Shown: piece after piece, positions 28,965-40,798 of the stretch
How the letters are laid out: the number at the start of each line of letters is the position of its first letter
How positions within the stretch are numbered: position 1 is the first letter of the stretch
Assembly (NCBI GenBank): GCA_049682815.1
Contig: JBAUII010000068.1
Coordinates: forward strand, 4,738 to 68,737
Reading direction: 5' to 3'
DNA length: 64,000 nucleotides
Source of the DNA: Thermodesulfobacteriota bacterium
Lineage (GTDB): Bacteria > Desulfobacterota_D > UBA1144 > Nemesobacterales > CSP1-2
Program-made: the position numbers and the translations under genes
The notes under the pieces: model-generated
Seen by the model: the letters and a program-made list of their open reading frames with translations, nothing else
Told to the model about the DNA's origin: nothing
Databases searched by the model: none

Positions 28965-31624
28965 TGACGAAATAAGAAATCAATATTGACCTCGTCTTCA
29001 CTCGTCTTTTCGGCTTTACTGGTATCCCCATCATAACTGCTTTCAATGTATTCGTTGTTTGAATCTCGGATGTCAGTAACTGTCTCACGAATTAATGAAT
29101 CCGACGTGTACGGAATATTACCATAGGGCGTCTTGGCAATTCGTATTCCATTTGGGACTTCAAATTCACCACCGGGAAATTTGTTCAGGACTATCTCCAT
29201 AAAATCCTTCCATATAGGCAGAGCGGCCTTCGAGCCAGCTTCGCCCTTCCCTAACGAAGTGTGGCTATCCTTACCTACCCAGACGCCCGCTGTAATACGC
29301 GGACTAAATCCGATAAACCATGCATCCGTGAAATCATTTGTCGTTCCCGTCTTCCCGGCAACGGGAGCGATCGAGTTGAGATCGCTTGCCCTTCGTCCGG
29401 TCCCTTCATTAATAACTGCTTCTAGTAAATCGGTAACGATAAATGCTGTTTCCGGGCTTATAACCTGGTTCCCGGGATTTGAAGTTGATAGGCTAATTGA
29501 TTTTGATCTCAACCCTTTGAGAAAATCTTGAGGTGATAAATATGTCGACACTTCATCTTTATTACTGAAGTTTTTATTCGCAATATCTTCCTCCTTCAGG
29601 TAATCCTCGTCGTCATCCGACCTGTTCCTAAACGTACCACCAATGCTCTTAGCGATCTTCTCTAGAATTCTCATGCGTTTTTGTTCCCGATCCTCCCTTT
29701 CAACTTCGTCATTTGACAGTAACTTCCACGAAACGTTATCCTCTATCATCCTTCCATTCCGATCATATACACGAAGTATCAACCGAGGCTCTACAAGCTT
29801 ACCGCCAGATGCAAACACATTATAAGCATTTACTAATTCCAATAAAGTTACGTCTGATCCACCGAGTGCAAGGGACGGATACGGGTATAGATGAGACGTA
29901 AATCCAAATCTCTTTGCATATTCTACCACTCGTCTGGCACTTATATCTAAGAGTATCCTCACGGTTGCCATATTTCTTGATTTAGCAATGGCATTCCGTA
30001 GAATCATCGGCCCCAAATACTCTCCGTCATAGTTCTTAGGCGCCCAGTCTTTGATTGCCACAGGCATGTCATATACGACGGATGTTTCAGTGTACCCTTT
30101 GGCAATCGCTGCGGCATAAACAAACGGCTTAAATGCAGATCCTGGCTGCCTTAATGCTTGCGTAACTCTGTTAAATTGCGAATCTAAAAAATTGTAACCG
30201 CCCACCAGCGCCGTTACATTACCGGAGACATCCATGGCCATTAAGGCACCCTGAACCTTAGGCGTAGCGTCAAATGAAACCTGAAAGACCCCATTTTCGC
30301 TATCGTTAACCTTTACTTTTATAACATCTCCGACCGTTAGTTTGAATGGAATTAGACTAATTCGTCCATATCCATTTATCGGGGCGAAGTTGTCAGACAA
30401 ATCAGATTTCAAACCCTTTACGGCGCTTCCTAATGGTGAGCTAACAGCATAATGGAATATTCCCCTTTTATTGCCTACGCCGACTTCTGCCTTATATACG
30501 GCTTCTAGGTTCTCGACATTGGATTGTCCGATTAACACAGCTTCGTAGGTCTTGCCTTCCTGAATGTTGTCAAGCTCTTGCGCTAATCTGAATTTATTGA
30601 TGCTGTCCGTGTTTTTTAAATTCTTGATGACCAGGTTACGCCCTCTTCTGGTTTCAATATCGAGTATACCCCGTCTCAATGCCCACTGAGCTGCCAGACT
30701 TTGATCGGTGTCGATTGTAGTAAATATCTTGTAGCCACCCTTACGAAAGGCTTTCGCGCCGACCATGTCCTCCACATGCTGTCTGACAAGTTCTACAAAG
30801 TAAGGTGCAACATCAATGACCATGTTGCCCTTTGGCATAATGTTAATTTTATACGCCTCTGCTTCCTGTCTTTGCTTTTTCGTTATAAAATCATCTTCCT
30901 CCATCATCTTCAGCACCAGCCTCTGCCTGCGAATGGCCCTATTAAAATGTTTACGTGGCGAGTAGTATTCCGGCCTCTTCGGCAGACCGGCAAGAAAAGC
31001 AGCTTCCGCAATATTGATATCCCTCGCTGATTTGCCGAAATAGTTATTGCTGGCAGCCTCAACCCCATATGTCCCATCCGCTAGGTAGATATGATTAAGA
31101 TAGATGTAGAATATCTCCTCCTTAGAAAGGTTATTTTCCATCCTGTAGGCAAGAATTGCCTCCTTGATCTTTCGAGAAATGCTTTTTTCAGGTGAGAGAA
31201 CCAGATTTTTCGTTACCTGCTGAGTTATGGTGCTAGCTCCTTGTACAATTTCACCTTCCTTTATGTTCGTTATAAGGGCAGCTATGATTCTCATAACATC
31301 AACACCCCCATGATGAAAGAAACGCTTATCCTCTATGGCTAAAAAGGCCTCTTTAACATGGTCAGGAATTTGCTCATAAGGAATGAGTTTTCTCTTTTGA
31401 ATCGCAAACTCCGCGATTAACCTACCGTCAGACGAGTAAATTTCGTTTATTAGGGGAGGCTCGTAACCAGTAATTTTTGTCAAATCCGGGAGATCGTAGA
31501 TGTAATACCAGTATACGACATAGAGAGATAAGAGGGGTATTACTACAAAAGTAAAAAAAAGGAGAAAGTAAAGTTTTATTCTCGGTTTGTTACGACGGCC
31601 CTTCGATTGCTTTTTTTTCATCAA
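28961..31624 (-). CDS. mrcA: Penicillin-binding protein 1A (bifunctional glycosyltransferase/transpeptidase) with acidic C-terminal extension
   Basis: N-terminal TM helix. GT51 motifs (EDKRFFHHGGVD, QGASTITQQ). Transpeptidase motifs SAFKP, SRN, KTGTT. Confidence 0.85.
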   Translation of the reverse strand: MMKKKQSKGRRNKPRIKLYFLLFFTFVVIPLLSLYVVYWYYIYDLPDLTKITGYEPPLINEIYSSDGRLIAEFAIQKRKLIPYEQIPDHVKEAFLAIEDKRFFHHGGVDVMRIIAALITNIKEGEIVQGASTITQQVTKNLVLSPEKSISRKIKEAILAYRMENNLSKEEIFYIYLNHIYLADGTYGVEAASNNYFGKSARDINIAEAAFLAGLPKRPEYYSPRKHFNRAIRRQRLVLKMMEEDDFITKKQRQEAEAYKINIMPKGNMVIDVAPYFVELVRQHVEDMVGAKAFRKGGYKIFTTIDTDQSLAAQWALRRGILDIETRRGRNLVIKNLKNTDSINKFRLAQELDNIQEGKTYEAVLIGQSNVENLEAVYKAEVGVGNKRGIFHYAVSSPLGSAVKGLKSDLSDNFAPINGYGRISLIPFKLTVGDVIKVKVNDSENGVFQVSFDATPKVQGALMAMDVSGNVTALVGGYNFLDSQFNRVTQALRQPGSAFKPFVYAAAIAKGYTETSVVYDMPVAIKDWAPKNYDGEYLGPMILRNAIAKSRNMATVRILLDISARRVVEYAKRFGFTSHLYPYPSLALGGSDVTLLELVNAYNVFASGGKLVEPRLILRVYDRNGRMIEDNVSWKLLSNDEVEREDREQKRMRILEKIAKSIGGTFRNRSDDDEDYLKEEDIANKNFSNKDEVSTYLSPQDFLKGLRSKSISLSTSNPGNQVISPETAFIVTDLLEAVINEGTGRRASDLNSIAPVAGKTGTTNDFTDAWFIGFSPRITAGVWVGKDSHTSLGKGEAGSKAALPIWKDFMEIVLNKFPGGEFEVPNGIRIAKTPYGNIPYTSDSLIRETVTDIRDSNNEYIESSYDGDTSKAEKTSEDEVNIDFLFRH

Positions 31625-31715
31625 AAATCATTCGACCTCGGTTGTTTGACAATATTAAGTGCATTAATTAGCCTTAAAATACATTCTTGTCCCTTTTTAC
31701 TTAGTATATTAAACA

Positions 31716-31925
31716 ATGGAAAATCGAGAAAATCAAGGAAATAGATCGCTTGATGAGTTTATCCGAGACGTCAAAGACCAAGAGCTAAAGGGTATTTTGT
31801 TAAAGCTTAAAAATGAGATTAGAAAACCCGATGTTCCATGGGTTGATATTAAGAATATCCTTAAATCGCTCGGCAATAAAGATAAACACGCCCTTTACGA
31901 GATTCTGCAATTGATCATTAATTAG
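31716..31925 (+). CDS. Hypothetical small protein (69 aa)
   Basis: Intact ORF in an otherwise empty gap. No recognisable motifs. Confidence 0.3.
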   Translation: MENRENQGNRSLDEFIRDVKDQELKGILLKLKNEIRKPDVPWVDIKNILKSLGNKDKHALYEILQLIIN

Positions 31926-32151
31926 GCTAAGCTTACATCTTTGCAAGGTTTCTTCAAAAAGAAAGAGCGTGTTTTTTTCAGCAGAATGCACAATGGATAA
32001 AACCGTTACTAGCAAATTCAATAAATATTGAGTGGCGGGATCCCTATATAATTCATTTTCTATTATTTTTGAAAGTTATCTGTTAAAAAATTTCTAAATC
32101 GAAGCGCTAGACCCACAGAAATCGTCAACAATTAGGTACGGATAATAAAAT

Positions 32152-33093
32152 TTGGAGAAAGTAGTGATAAAACCCCCGGTCGATAACATTTTAGATCTAA
32201 TTGGAGACACCTATATCATAAAACTGAATAGACTGATTCCCAAGTCCTCAGCAACAGTCTGGGCCAAACTCGAGAACATGAACCCCGCGGGAAGCGTCAA
32301 AGAAAGAATCTGTTTGGGCATGATTGAAGCGGCAGAACGGGAAAAGAAAATACATCCTTCAAGGACACTCGTGGTAGAACCAACAAGTGGTAACACTGGT
32401 ATTGGGCTTGCCCTTGTCTGTGCAGTTAAAGGCTACAGATTAATACTCACTATGCCCGATGACATGAGCATCGAAAGAAGACTGCTTTTTGCTGCCTACG
32501 GGGCAGAACTAATACTTACCCCTGCTTGGGAGCAGATGGAAGGGGCAGTAAGAAAAGCTGAAGAGATCGTTCACGATAATTCCAATGCATTCATGCCACA
32601 GCAGTTTAAAAACCCGGAGAATCCCGAGACACACAGGAAAACTACAGCACCCGAAATACTTGGGCAATTCCCGGGAGAGATCCATGCATTTGTTGCCGGC
32701 GTTGGAACCGGTGGAACTATCACCGGCACGGGTGAGGTTCTCAAGGAAAAGTTTCCAAATATCCTCATCGTCGCAGTCGAACCCGCAGAATCCGCTGTTC
32801 TATCAGGAGAAAAAGGAAGTGTTCATGAGATTCAAGGAATTGGCGCGGGTTTTATTCCAGAAATCCTGAATACGAGTATCTACGATGAGATCATTACTAT
32901 AACAGGGGAGGAGGCAAAGAAATTTACCAGGCTTATAGCGAGAAAAGAGGGACTCCTTGTAGGGATATCGGCAGGGGCTAATGGACTCGCTGCCGCTAGG
33001 ATTGCCGAAAGGCTTGGGCCCAGTAAACAGGTCTTAACTGTGTTTTGCGATACCGGGGAAAGATACTTGAGTACAGGTGTTTTTGATCAATGA
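32152..33093 (+). CDS. cysK: Cysteine synthase (O-acetylserine sulfhydrylase), PLP-dependent
   Basis: PLP-lysine region KLENMNPAGSVKER, EPTSGNTGIGLA, and GTGGTITG. The start codon is TTG. Confidence 0.85.
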   Translation: MEKVVIKPPVDNILDLIGDTYIIKLNRLIPKSSATVWAKLENMNPAGSVKERICLGMIEAAEREKKIHPSRTLVVEPTSGNTGIGLALVCAVKGYRLILTMPDDMSIERRLLFAAYGAELILTPAWEQMEGAVRKAEEIVHDNSNAFMPQQFKNPENPETHRKTTAPEILGQFPGEIHAFVAGVGTGGTITGTGEVLKEKFPNILIVAVEPAESAVLSGEKGSVHEIQGIGAGFIPEILNTSIYDEIITITGEEAKKFTRLIARKEGLLVGISAGANGLAAARIAERLGPSKQVLTVFCDTGERYLSTGVFDQ

Positions 33094-33219
33094 TGGTTAA
33101 AGGACAAGCAGTCGGACAGCCCTACCCCATCATGTAAATTAATCTTAACAATATTGTTGAAAACCAATTTTACGTATGCTATCATTCTAGTGTATATTTC
33201 CAAATAAATTGAGGTAATT

Positions 33220-35109
33220 GTGAGTAGTCAATTGTTCAAAAATTTAATTCTATGGCTAGTTATATTTGTGGCAATTATTGCGCTCTACCAATTAATCCAT
33301 ACGCCGAGGAACAATTATTTAGAGATACCGTATAGTGAATTCCTTTCGAGCCTTGACCGAGGCGAAATCAAAGATATTGAAGTTAGGGGGGAAGAGATTA
33401 AGGGTACTTTTTTATCCAATGATAGAGATCAGCTATCCCAAGGATTCAAAACCGTAGGACCTACGAGTGACGATCTTGTAAAGAAGCTTGGAGAAAAGGG
33501 CGTTACATTTAAATTCGCCGAACAGCAGGAAGGATCCTTGACACACCTCTTGTTCAACTGGGCTCCACTCATACTTCTAATCGTAATAATGGTTTTCTTC
33601 ATGAGGCAATTACAGGCCGGGGGTACTAAGGCCATGTCATTTGGAAAAAACCGGGCACGCATGCTCTCAGAAAACCAGAACAAGATCACGTTTAAAGATG
33701 TTGCAGGTATAGAAGAGGCGAAAGAAGAGGTTCAAGAAATTGTTGAGTTTCTTAAGAATCCAAAGAAATTCACCCGGCTCGGAGGACGTATTCCGAAGGG
33801 AGTTTTGCTCGTCGGGCCACCAGGAACAGGAAAAACACTGCTGGCAAAGGCGATAGCCGGAGAGGCAGGGGTTCCTTTTTTCATAATTAGTGGAAGCGAT
33901 TTTGTGGAGATGTTTGTGGGTGTTGGCGCATCCAGGGTCCGAGACCTTTTCGGCCAGGCTAAGCGGCACTCTCCGTGCATAATATTTGTGGATGAGCTAG
34001 ATGCTGTGGGACGACACAGGGGAGCCGGCCTCGGCGGGGGACACGATGAAAGAGAACAAACCCTTAACCAGCTTCTTGTCGAGATGGATGGGTTTGAGCC
34101 CAACGAAGGTATTATCGTAATTGCCGCTACAAACAGACCGGACGTTTTGGATCCGGCACTTCTTAGGCCCGGCAGATTTGACAGGCAGGTAGTCGTCCCC
34201 AGGCCAGATGTCAGGGGTAGAGAAGAGATACTCAAAGTACACACTACTAACACACCGGTTGAAGAGAATGTCAGCCTTCAATTAATCGCGCGTTCGACTC
34301 CCGGATTTACAGGCGCTGACCTGGAGAACCTAGTTAATGAGGCAGCTTTGCATGCCGCCCGTGTCGGCAGGACAAAGATATGTATGGAAGATTTTGAATA
34401 TTCCAAGGACAAGGTTATCATGGGAGTTGAGAGAAAAAGTCTCATAATCAGCGATAGTGAAAAAAGGATTACGGCCTATCATGAAGGCGGTCATGCCCTT
34501 GTTGCCAAGCTGACTCCGGGAACAGATCCAATTCATAAGGTTACCATAATCCCTCGAGGCCTAGCTCTTGGGGTAACCCAGCAGCTCCCCATAGAGGATA
34601 AATACACGCTCGCAAGAGAGTATCTAAACAAAACAATTATGGTGCTTCTTGGTGGGAGGGCGGCTGAAGAAATTGTTTTCGCAGAAAGAACCAGCGGTGC
34701 GGGTAATGATCTCGAAAGGGCATCTGAGATTGCAAGAAAGATGGTTTGCGAATGGGGCATGAGCGACAAGGTTGGTCCGGTTACATTTGGCAAGAAAGAG
34801 GAGCAGATATTCCTTGGGAAAGAGATTGCTCGAAGCAAAGATTACAGTGAAGCGACGGCCCTCGAAATCGATAATGAAGTAAAAAGGATTGTTAATGAAA
34901 GCTATGAAAAGGCAAAGACTGTTCTGGAGGAAAATATAGACTTACTTCACAAACTTGCCGAAGTCTTGCTCGATAAAGAGGTAGTAGATGGGAAAGAACT
35001 CGATGATCTGGTCAAGCAAAACAAAAAGAATTGTCCCTCTTGGGAGAGTGGTCTTAGTCAACAGAGTACGGTAGCATTGAGAACAAAGATCGATGATTCC
35101 AGCACATAA
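33220..35109 (+). CDS. ftsH: ATP-dependent zinc metalloprotease FtsH
   Basis: Two TM helices. Walker [12 protein letters not shown] region. Zn motif HEGGHAL. Confidence 0.9.
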   Translation: MSSQLFKNLILWLVIFVAIIALYQLIHTPRNNYLEIPYSEFLSSLDRGEIKDIEVRGEEIKGTFLSNDRDQLSQGFKTVGPTSDDLVKKLGEKGVTFKFAEQQEGSLTHLLFNWAPLILLIVIMVFFMRQLQAGGTKAMSFGKNRARMLSENQNKITFKDVAGIEEAKEEVQEIVEFLKNPKKFTRLGGRIPKGVLLVGPPGTGKTLLAKAIAGEAGVPFFIISGSDFVEMFVGVGASRVRDLFGQAKRHSPCIIFVDELDAVGRHRGAGLGGGHDEREQTLNQLLVEMDGFEPNEGIIVIAATNRPDVLDPALLRPGRFDRQVVVPRPDVRGREEILKVHTTNTPVEENVSLQLIARSTPGFTGADLENLVNEAALHAARVGRTKICMEDFEYSKDKVIMGVERKSLIISDSEKRITAYHEGGHALVAKLTPGTDPIHKVTIIPRGLALGVTQQLPIEDKYTLAREYLNKTIMVLLGGRAAEEIVFAERTSGAGNDLERASEIARKMVCEWGMSDKVGPVTFGKKEEQIFLGKEIARSKDYSEATALEIDNEVKRIVNESYEKAKTVLEENIDLLHKLAEVLLDKEVVDGKELDDLVKQNKKNCPSWESGLSQQSTVALRTKIDDSST

Positions 35110-35217
35110 TTACTCTCTAAGAACTATCCATCTGCGGGTTATTATCTAATCCAACATTTGCTGACCTTTGAAATGCGATTGCCTAAAAATCTGTAAGTAA
35201 AAAAGCAACTATTTTAT

Positions 35218-36135
35218 ATGCAAGAAAGCATAACTCAAGTCGACAAGGTTATCTCTGCAGAAAAACAAAAATCCGTTTGTCGTGAAATTAGGTCTCATGA
35301 TCTAAGACTCAGAGGTTTTAGTTTCGATCTTAGCTCCAAAACGCTCATCATGGGCGTTCTTAATGTAACACCCGATTCATTCTTTGACGGTGGAAAGTAT
35401 CTTGAAATAGACAAGGCGCTAAGCCATCTAGATGAAATGATCAACGATGGGGCCGATATCATAGATATTGGGGGAGAATCAACAAGACCTGGCTCGCAAG
35501 GTGTTTCCGAAAGAGTAGAACTTGAGCGAGTGATACCCGTAATCAAAGCGGCTGTAAGGGGCTTCAATGTTCCTGTGTCAATAGATACAACCAAGTCAAA
35601 TGTTGCCAAAGAGGCTTTAGAAGAAGGCGCGTCTATGGTAAACGATATTAGTGGACTTAAATTTGATCCAGAGATTGCAAAGATAGTCGCTGCCTATGAT
35701 GCAGGACTTGTTATCATGCATACCCCTTCTCATCCAGTAGACATGCAGAATATGACAAATTATGAATCAATTGTTCATGATATAATTAAATCACTTAGTG
35801 ATTCCGTCGAATTGGCAGAAAGCGCCGGGGTGTCACCATACAGTATAATGGTGGATCCCGGGATTGGCTTTGGAAAAACCACCGAGCAAAATCTCAAACT
35901 TCTAAAACACTTAAATGAATTCCTCATTCTCAGGAAGCCAGTTTTGATCGGCACTTCAAGAAAATCATTCATTGGTAAAATAATTGGCTCTGATAATTTC
36001 GACGACAGATTAGAAGGCACTTCCGCTACTGTCGCAATCGCTATAATGAATGGCGCGTCAATCATCAGGGTACACGACGTGCGGAATATGAAGAGGGTTG
36101 CTCAGGTAGTGGATGCAACTGTAAATACAGAGTGA
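35218..36135 (+). CDS. folP: Dihydropteroate synthase
   Basis: Pterin-binding domain motifs GILNVTPDSFFDGG, DIGGEST. Confidence 0.85.
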   Translation: MQESITQVDKVISAEKQKSVCREIRSHDLRLRGFSFDLSSKTLIMGVLNVTPDSFFDGGKYLEIDKALSHLDEMINDGADIIDIGGESTRPGSQGVSERVELERVIPVIKAAVRGFNVPVSIDTTKSNVAKEALEEGASMVNDISGLKFDPEIAKIVAAYDAGLVIMHTPSHPVDMQNMTNYESIVHDIIKSLSDSVELAESAGVSPYSIMVDPGIGFGKTTEQNLKLLKHLNEFLILRKPVLIGTSRKSFIGKIIGSDNFDDRLEGTSATVAIAIMNGASIIRVHDVRNMKRVAQVVDATVNTE

Positions 36136-36186
36136 GTAAAACTTTTTAGAGTAGTAGCAAATTCATCAAACTTGAAGGTCTAAACC

Positions 36187-37020
36187 GTGTTTGACGCTAT
36201 ATCAAACTTTAGAATCGTATGGGACAGCTTAGACATACTTATAGTCGCGTTGATCGTATATTATATTCTGACCCTGATCGAGGGGACCCGAGCAGTTCAA
36301 ATGCTTGTAGGTCTTGGCGCACTGTTCCTGTTATATCTCTTCTCACAACGATGGGAATTCTTCACGCTCGGCTGGATATTGGGGCATTTCCTGGGTTCCA
36401 TAATCTTAATTGTTGTCATCCTATTTCAACAGGATATTAGAAAAGCCCTCGCGGCACTTGGCAAAAATCCTTTTCTCATAAATATATCTCCGGGAAAGTC
36501 GGAAAAACATATTGTTGACGAAATCGTGAAGGCGACTAGCTTTTTGTCCAATCGGCAGATCGGTGCCATTATAGCATTAGAGAAAGATAACAGCCTAGCC
36601 GATTTTGTCGAAATAGGAATGAAGATAGATGGTTGGGTATCTACGGAACTTATAATAAGTATATTCAATCCTTCGTCTCCACTGCATGACGGTGGAATCA
36701 TAATCGGAAATAACAAAATCTTATCTGCCGGATCCTTTTTCCCCCTTGCAACCGATCCAGAACTTGAGAGAGAACTGGGTACGAGGCATAGAGCTGCAAT
36801 TGGACTATCCGGGGAAACAGATGCCATAGTTGTTGTCGTCTCCGAGGAAACCGGAATTGTGTCCCTTGGTCATGAAGGCGAATTGACCAGGGGGCTTGAC
36901 GCGACTTCTCTTACTAACCGTCTTAACGACCTATTGGAATTAAAAAAGCAAAAAACAGAAGGAATTGGCCTTATAGACCGCATACTAAGGAAGAGGCAAG
37001 TAGAAAGGAAAAGTGCTTAA
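36187..37020 (+). CDS. cdaA: Diadenylate cyclase CdaA (DacA), membrane-anchored
   Basis: Three N-terminal TM helices. DAC domain motifs DGA and RHRAA...TGIVS. Confidence 0.85.
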   Translation: MFDAISNFRIVWDSLDILIVALIVYYILTLIEGTRAVQMLVGLGALFLLYLFSQRWEFFTLGWILGHFLGSIILIVVILFQQDIRKALAALGKNPFLINISPGKSEKHIVDEIVKATSFLSNRQIGAIIALEKDNSLADFVEIGMKIDGWVSTELIISIFNPSSPLHDGGIIIGNNKILSAGSFFPLATDPELERELGTRHRAAIGLSGETDAIVVVVSEETGIVSLGHEGELTRGLDATSLTNRLNDLLELKKQKTEGIGLIDRILRKRQVERKSA

Positions 37021-37963
37021 TAATATAAATAATGCAATTAAAAATATTTTCGTTAAAAATATAGGCAAAAAGATTTTCGCGATCGCCATTTCAATATTTA
37101 TCTGGCTTGTAGTCTCACTGGAGTCAAGCGTTGAAAAGAATATTACAATAGATGTAAATTACGCGAATTTGCCTCCGGGTCTGGTCATTACAAATGAACC
37201 TCCGGAAGAACTAAATCTCGTTGTTAGGGGCACACGAACTCAACTTTCAACCCTTTCGCCCCAAAATCTGATTTTTTCAATCGACGTCGCTCACGTCTCC
37301 ACTGGTCTATCCAAGTTCAACATACGGGCAGAGCAGATAAGGCCACCCCGAGGAATACAAGTGATCGGAATCAGCCCGGCCGAAGTGACAGTTGATGTAG
37401 ACGAATTAATCCGTAAGAATGTGCCTGTCGAACCTATAATAGGTGTTCCAGAGACTGGATACGAGATCGTAGGGAAGCCCGACGTTGTACCATCTATGAC
37501 AACAGTCAGTGGTCCCAAATCAATTGTTTCCGACATGAAGTTTATTCCAACAGATACCATATCAACAATACGAGAAACGTCAAAGTTTACCATCGAAGTA
37601 CCTTTGCGGTCCCCTCATCGTTTGGTAAAACTGATTGGTGATAAAACGACTCGCGTTACTATAAATATAGAGGAAAAGACACTGGAAAAAGAGTTCAAAG
37701 ACCTAGATATAAAATTTGTAAACTTTGAGAATCTAAATTTTGAACCGAGAGGAATGTTAAAGGCCGAGGTTGCATTCGAAGGGCCCTACAGTCTTATAAA
37801 GAACCTGAATAGCAATGATATCGAGGTCTATGTGGATGTTGGCAAGCTTAAGGAAACTGACAAAAAATTACAGAAATTAAATGTGAGTGTTTCTTATCCC
37901 TTTACCAATAGCATAAAGCTAAAGAAACAGGAACCCAAGACACTTGAAATAAAATTAAACTAG
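37013..37963 (+). CDS. cdaR: CdaA regulatory protein CdaR (YbbR-like domains)
   Basis: N-terminal TM helix. Repeated YbbR-like beta-rich segments. Its position between cdaA and glmM matches the conserved cdaA-cdaR-glmM operon. Confidence 0.75.
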   Translation: MLNNINNAIKNIFVKNIGKKIFAIAISIFIWLVVSLESSVEKNITIDVNYANLPPGLVITNEPPEELNLVVRGTRTQLSTLSPQNLIFSIDVAHVSTGLSKFNIRAEQIRPPRGIQVIGISPAEVTVDVDELIRKNVPVEPIIGVPETGYEIVGKPDVVPSMTTVSGPKSIVSDMKFIPTDTISTIRETSKFTIEVPLRSPHRLVKLIGDKTTRVTINIEEKTLEKEFKDLDIKFVNFENLNFEPRGMLKAEVAFEGPYSLIKNLNSNDIEVYVDVGKLKETDKKLQKLNVSVSYPFTNSIKLKKQEPKTLEIKLN

Positions 37964-37976
37964 CCGGAGAATAGAT

Positions 37977-39353
37977 TTGAACCATAAAAGAGAGCGTCTC
38001 TTTGGCACAGATGGAATAAGGGGGATAGCAAATCTACACCCCATGACTCCGGAGATAAGCCTAAGACTTGGAAAGGCTCTTGTGAGTGTCCTGACGCATG
38101 AGAAATCAGATGAAAGGAGACTGAAAGTCGTAATCGGAAAGGACACAAGGCTATCAGGTTACATTTTTGAACAAGCTATATCTGCTGGAATTGCGTCGAT
38201 GGGAGCGGACGTTCTCCTTGTTGGCCCCCTTCCTACGCCTGCGGTAGCATTTCTTACGACAAATATGCGAGCCGATGCCGGAGTGGTGATATCCGCCTCC
38301 CATAACACCTTTGAGGACAACGGAATTAAGGTTTTTGATAAACTTGGCTTTAAACTTCCGGATGAGAAGGAAGTGGAGATAGAGGAATTAATTTCAAGCG
38401 ACAGGATCGATGATCTGCGGGTCAGGGGAACGGAGATTGGAAAAGCTTTCAGGGTTGACGACGCACCTGGAAGGTATGTGGTATTTGTTAAGAATACACT
38501 CGCCAAGGATTTAACACTTGATGGGATCAAGATAGTTCTCGATTGTGCAAACGGCGCGTCTTACAGGGTTTCTCCCCTAGTATTTCAGGAACTAGGTGCA
38601 GAACTGACAACCGTAGGCGTTAGTCCGGACGGCAGAAATATAAACACAAACTGTGGAAGTTTGAATCCCGAATTACTAAGACAAAGGGTTTTAGAAATGC
38701 GTGCTGATATAGGGATCGCCCTGGATGGGGATGCAGACAGAGTGGTTTTTTGTGATGAGACTGGCGATGTAGTCGATGGTGACAAAATCATAGCACTTCT
38801 TGCAGATGAGATGATTTCAACTGGTTCATTATCAAAAAACACAGTGGTTGCGACTATTATGAGTAATATGGGTCTTGAGATATTCCTGAAAAATAGGGGA
38901 TGTCATCTGGTTAGGACGCAGGTCGGCGACAGATATGTAGTCGAGGAGATGAGGAGGAGGGGATGCGATTTTGGGGGCGAGAAATCAGGACACCTGATCT
39001 TCTTAAATCACGGAACAACGGGAGATGGGACTTTAGCTGCCCTTCAAGTTTTATCAATCATGAAGAGTAAGGGCAGAAATCTCTCCGAGCTCACAAAAAT
39101 ACTCGATCTTTTTCCTCAATTACTGATAAACGTCAGGGTTAAGGAGAAAAGACCCTTTAGAGATATACCCATAGTCACAAAATTAATCTCCTCGAAAGAA
39201 AAGGAACATGACGGACAGATAAGAATTAACTTGAGATATTCTGGTACCGAGCCCGTGGCAAGGATTATGGTAGAGGGAGAAGACGATCTGATAGTAAAGG
39301 AAACTGCCGAGGAGATCGCCAATGAAATAGATCGCCAAATAGGCGAAAGGTAA
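37977..39353 (+). CDS. glmM: Phosphoglucosamine mutase
   Basis: Phosphoserine loop [11 protein letters not shown]. Metal-binding DGDADR. Confidence 0.9.
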   Translation: MNHKRERLFGTDGIRGIANLHPMTPEISLRLGKALVSVLTHEKSDERRLKVVIGKDTRLSGYIFEQAISAGIASMGADVLLVGPLPTPAVAFLTTNMRADAGVVISASHNTFEDNGIKVFDKLGFKLPDEKEVEIEELISSDRIDDLRVRGTEIGKAFRVDDAPGRYVVFVKNTLAKDLTLDGIKIVLDCANGASYRVSPLVFQELGAELTTVGVSPDGRNINTNCGSLNPELLRQRVLEMRADIGIALDGDADRVVFCDETGDVVDGDKIIALLADEMISTGSLSKNTVVATIMSNMGLEIFLKNRGCHLVRTQVGDRYVVEEMRRRGCDFGGEKSGHLIFLNHGTTGDGTLAALQVLSIMKSKGRNLSELTKILDLFPQLLINVRVKEKRPFRDIPIVTKLISSKEKEHDGQIRINLRYSGTEPVARIMVEGEDDLIVKETAEEIANEIDRQIGER

Positions 39354-39355
39354 TC

Positions 39356-40069
39356 ATGCCAAGACTGAATGTGAACATAGACCATATCGCTACAATACGG
39401 GAAGCAAGGAAATCAAGAGAGCCAGATCCGGTCCTAGCAGCCTACTTAGCTGAACTGGCAGGAGCTGAAGGCATAGTGGTCCATCTCCGGGAAGACAGGA
39501 GGCATATTCAAGACAGGGACCTCTTGATTCTTAGAAAAACCGTGAAGACGAGACTCAACCTGGAAATGGCACCGACTAGTGAGATGATAGATATAGCTTT
39601 GGATGTAAGGCCGGATATGGTCACGCTCGTCCCCGAGAAGAGAGAAGAAATAACCACCGAAGGCGGACTCGATGTTTTCAAGAACCCCGAGACCGTAGCG
39701 CATGTGATAAACGAGATCAAGACAGGTGGGATAATTGTTAGCGTTTTCATCGATCCTAACGCTAAACAAATTGAACTGGTGAGGAAAGCTGGTGCAGAGA
39801 TGGTAGAGATTCATACGGGAAACTATGCCAATGCTAAAAACGAAAAAGGCCAAGAGAATGAGCTCATTATGATCCAGGAAGCAGTTGAGTATTCGGAGAA
39901 GCTTGGGCTTAGAGTAGCCGCCGGACACGGTCTTAACTACACAAATGTACGGAAGGTATCCACTCTGAAGGGAATCGAACAACTAAATATAGGCCACAGT
40001 ATTATCGCTAATGCCGTTATTGTAGGGCTTGAAAAGGCCGTACGGGAAATGGTTGCCCTTTGCCGGTAG
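39356..40069 (+). CDS. pdxJ: Pyridoxine 5'-phosphate synthase
   Basis: [19 protein letters not shown]-terminus and a TIM-barrel PdxJ signature. Confidence 0.85.
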   Translation: MPRLNVNIDHIATIREARKSREPDPVLAAYLAELAGAEGIVVHLREDRRHIQDRDLLILRKTVKTRLNLEMAPTSEMIDIALDVRPDMVTLVPEKREEITTEGGLDVFKNPETVAHVINEIKTGGIIVSVFIDPNAKQIELVRKAGAEMVEIHTGNYANAKNEKGQENELIMIQEAVEYSEKLGLRVAAGHGLNYTNVRKVSTLKGIEQLNIGHSIIANAVIVGLEKAVREMVALCR

Positions 40070-40135
40070 GAAATTAAAGGCTTGTAAATGCTACACTGAT
40101 TGATCTAGAAAGGGTGATACTAGTTTTTCGCGTCA

Positions 40136-40615
40136 TTAAAAACCAGATGCACGTTGCTTTTGTTCAGGGCAAGAAGAGCAGTAGCCATAGAGCTCTAACT
40201 TATGATTTATTACATTAAAATTGTTCATACTTGCCACCTGGTTCGAGCAGGATTCGATTTGGTCATTGGCAAATTCTATAATCTTCCCGCATCCAAGACA
40301 TATGAGATGATCGTGATGTTCTCCTTCAAATCTTACCGGTTCATACTTGGCTCTACCATCTCCGAAATTCCTTTCGAAAGCAAGGCCGCATTCTTTAAAG
40401 AGCTTTAGGGTCCGGTAAATAGTGGCATAACCAATCCTGGGATGATGTTTTTTGACACTCTCGTATAGTTCATCAACCGTAACATGCTTACCGAGATAAT
40501 TGAAAAATCTATCAAATATAATATCTCTTTGAGTCGTGGATTTTAAACGCTTCTTTGCGATGTATTCTTGCAGGTATTTTTTGCGCTCGGCCTTAGGTCT
40601 TACCTTTGGAATCAA
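40136..40615 (-). CDS. fur: Fur-family metal-responsive transcriptional regulator
   Basis: Winged-helix N-terminus. HHDHLICLGCGKI and C..C metal sites. Confidence 0.8.
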   Translation of the reverse strand: MIPKVRPKAERKKYLQEYIAKKRLKSTTQRDIIFDRFFNYLGKHVTVDELYESVKKHHPRIGYATIYRTLKLFKECGLAFERNFGDGRAKYEPVRFEGEHHDHLICLGCGKIIEFANDQIESCSNQVASMNNFNVINHKLELYGYCSSCPEQKQRASGF

Positions 40616-40640
40616 CGTCGGTTCCTTATTTACATTTTTT

Positions 40641-40655
40641 TGATAATCATTATCA
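40641..40655. promoter_or_regulatory. Fur-box-like operator TGATAATCATTATCA in the fur / HIT divergent intergenic region
   Basis: It matches the right half of the 19-bp Fur box consensus GATAATGATAATCATTATC. It sits about 25 bp upstream of the fur start on the opposite strand. Confidence 0.6.
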
Positions 40656-40798
40656 ATTTTACATGATAACTCAATATTAGCAACAAATATTTTCCATTTG
40701 GGAATTATTACCAGTGGATCTTCACATTTCCTGTTACAATTTATCGCTTGAGCTAAAATGTACCCGAACCAGTTTTTTGATTAACCAGGAGAGCGAGA

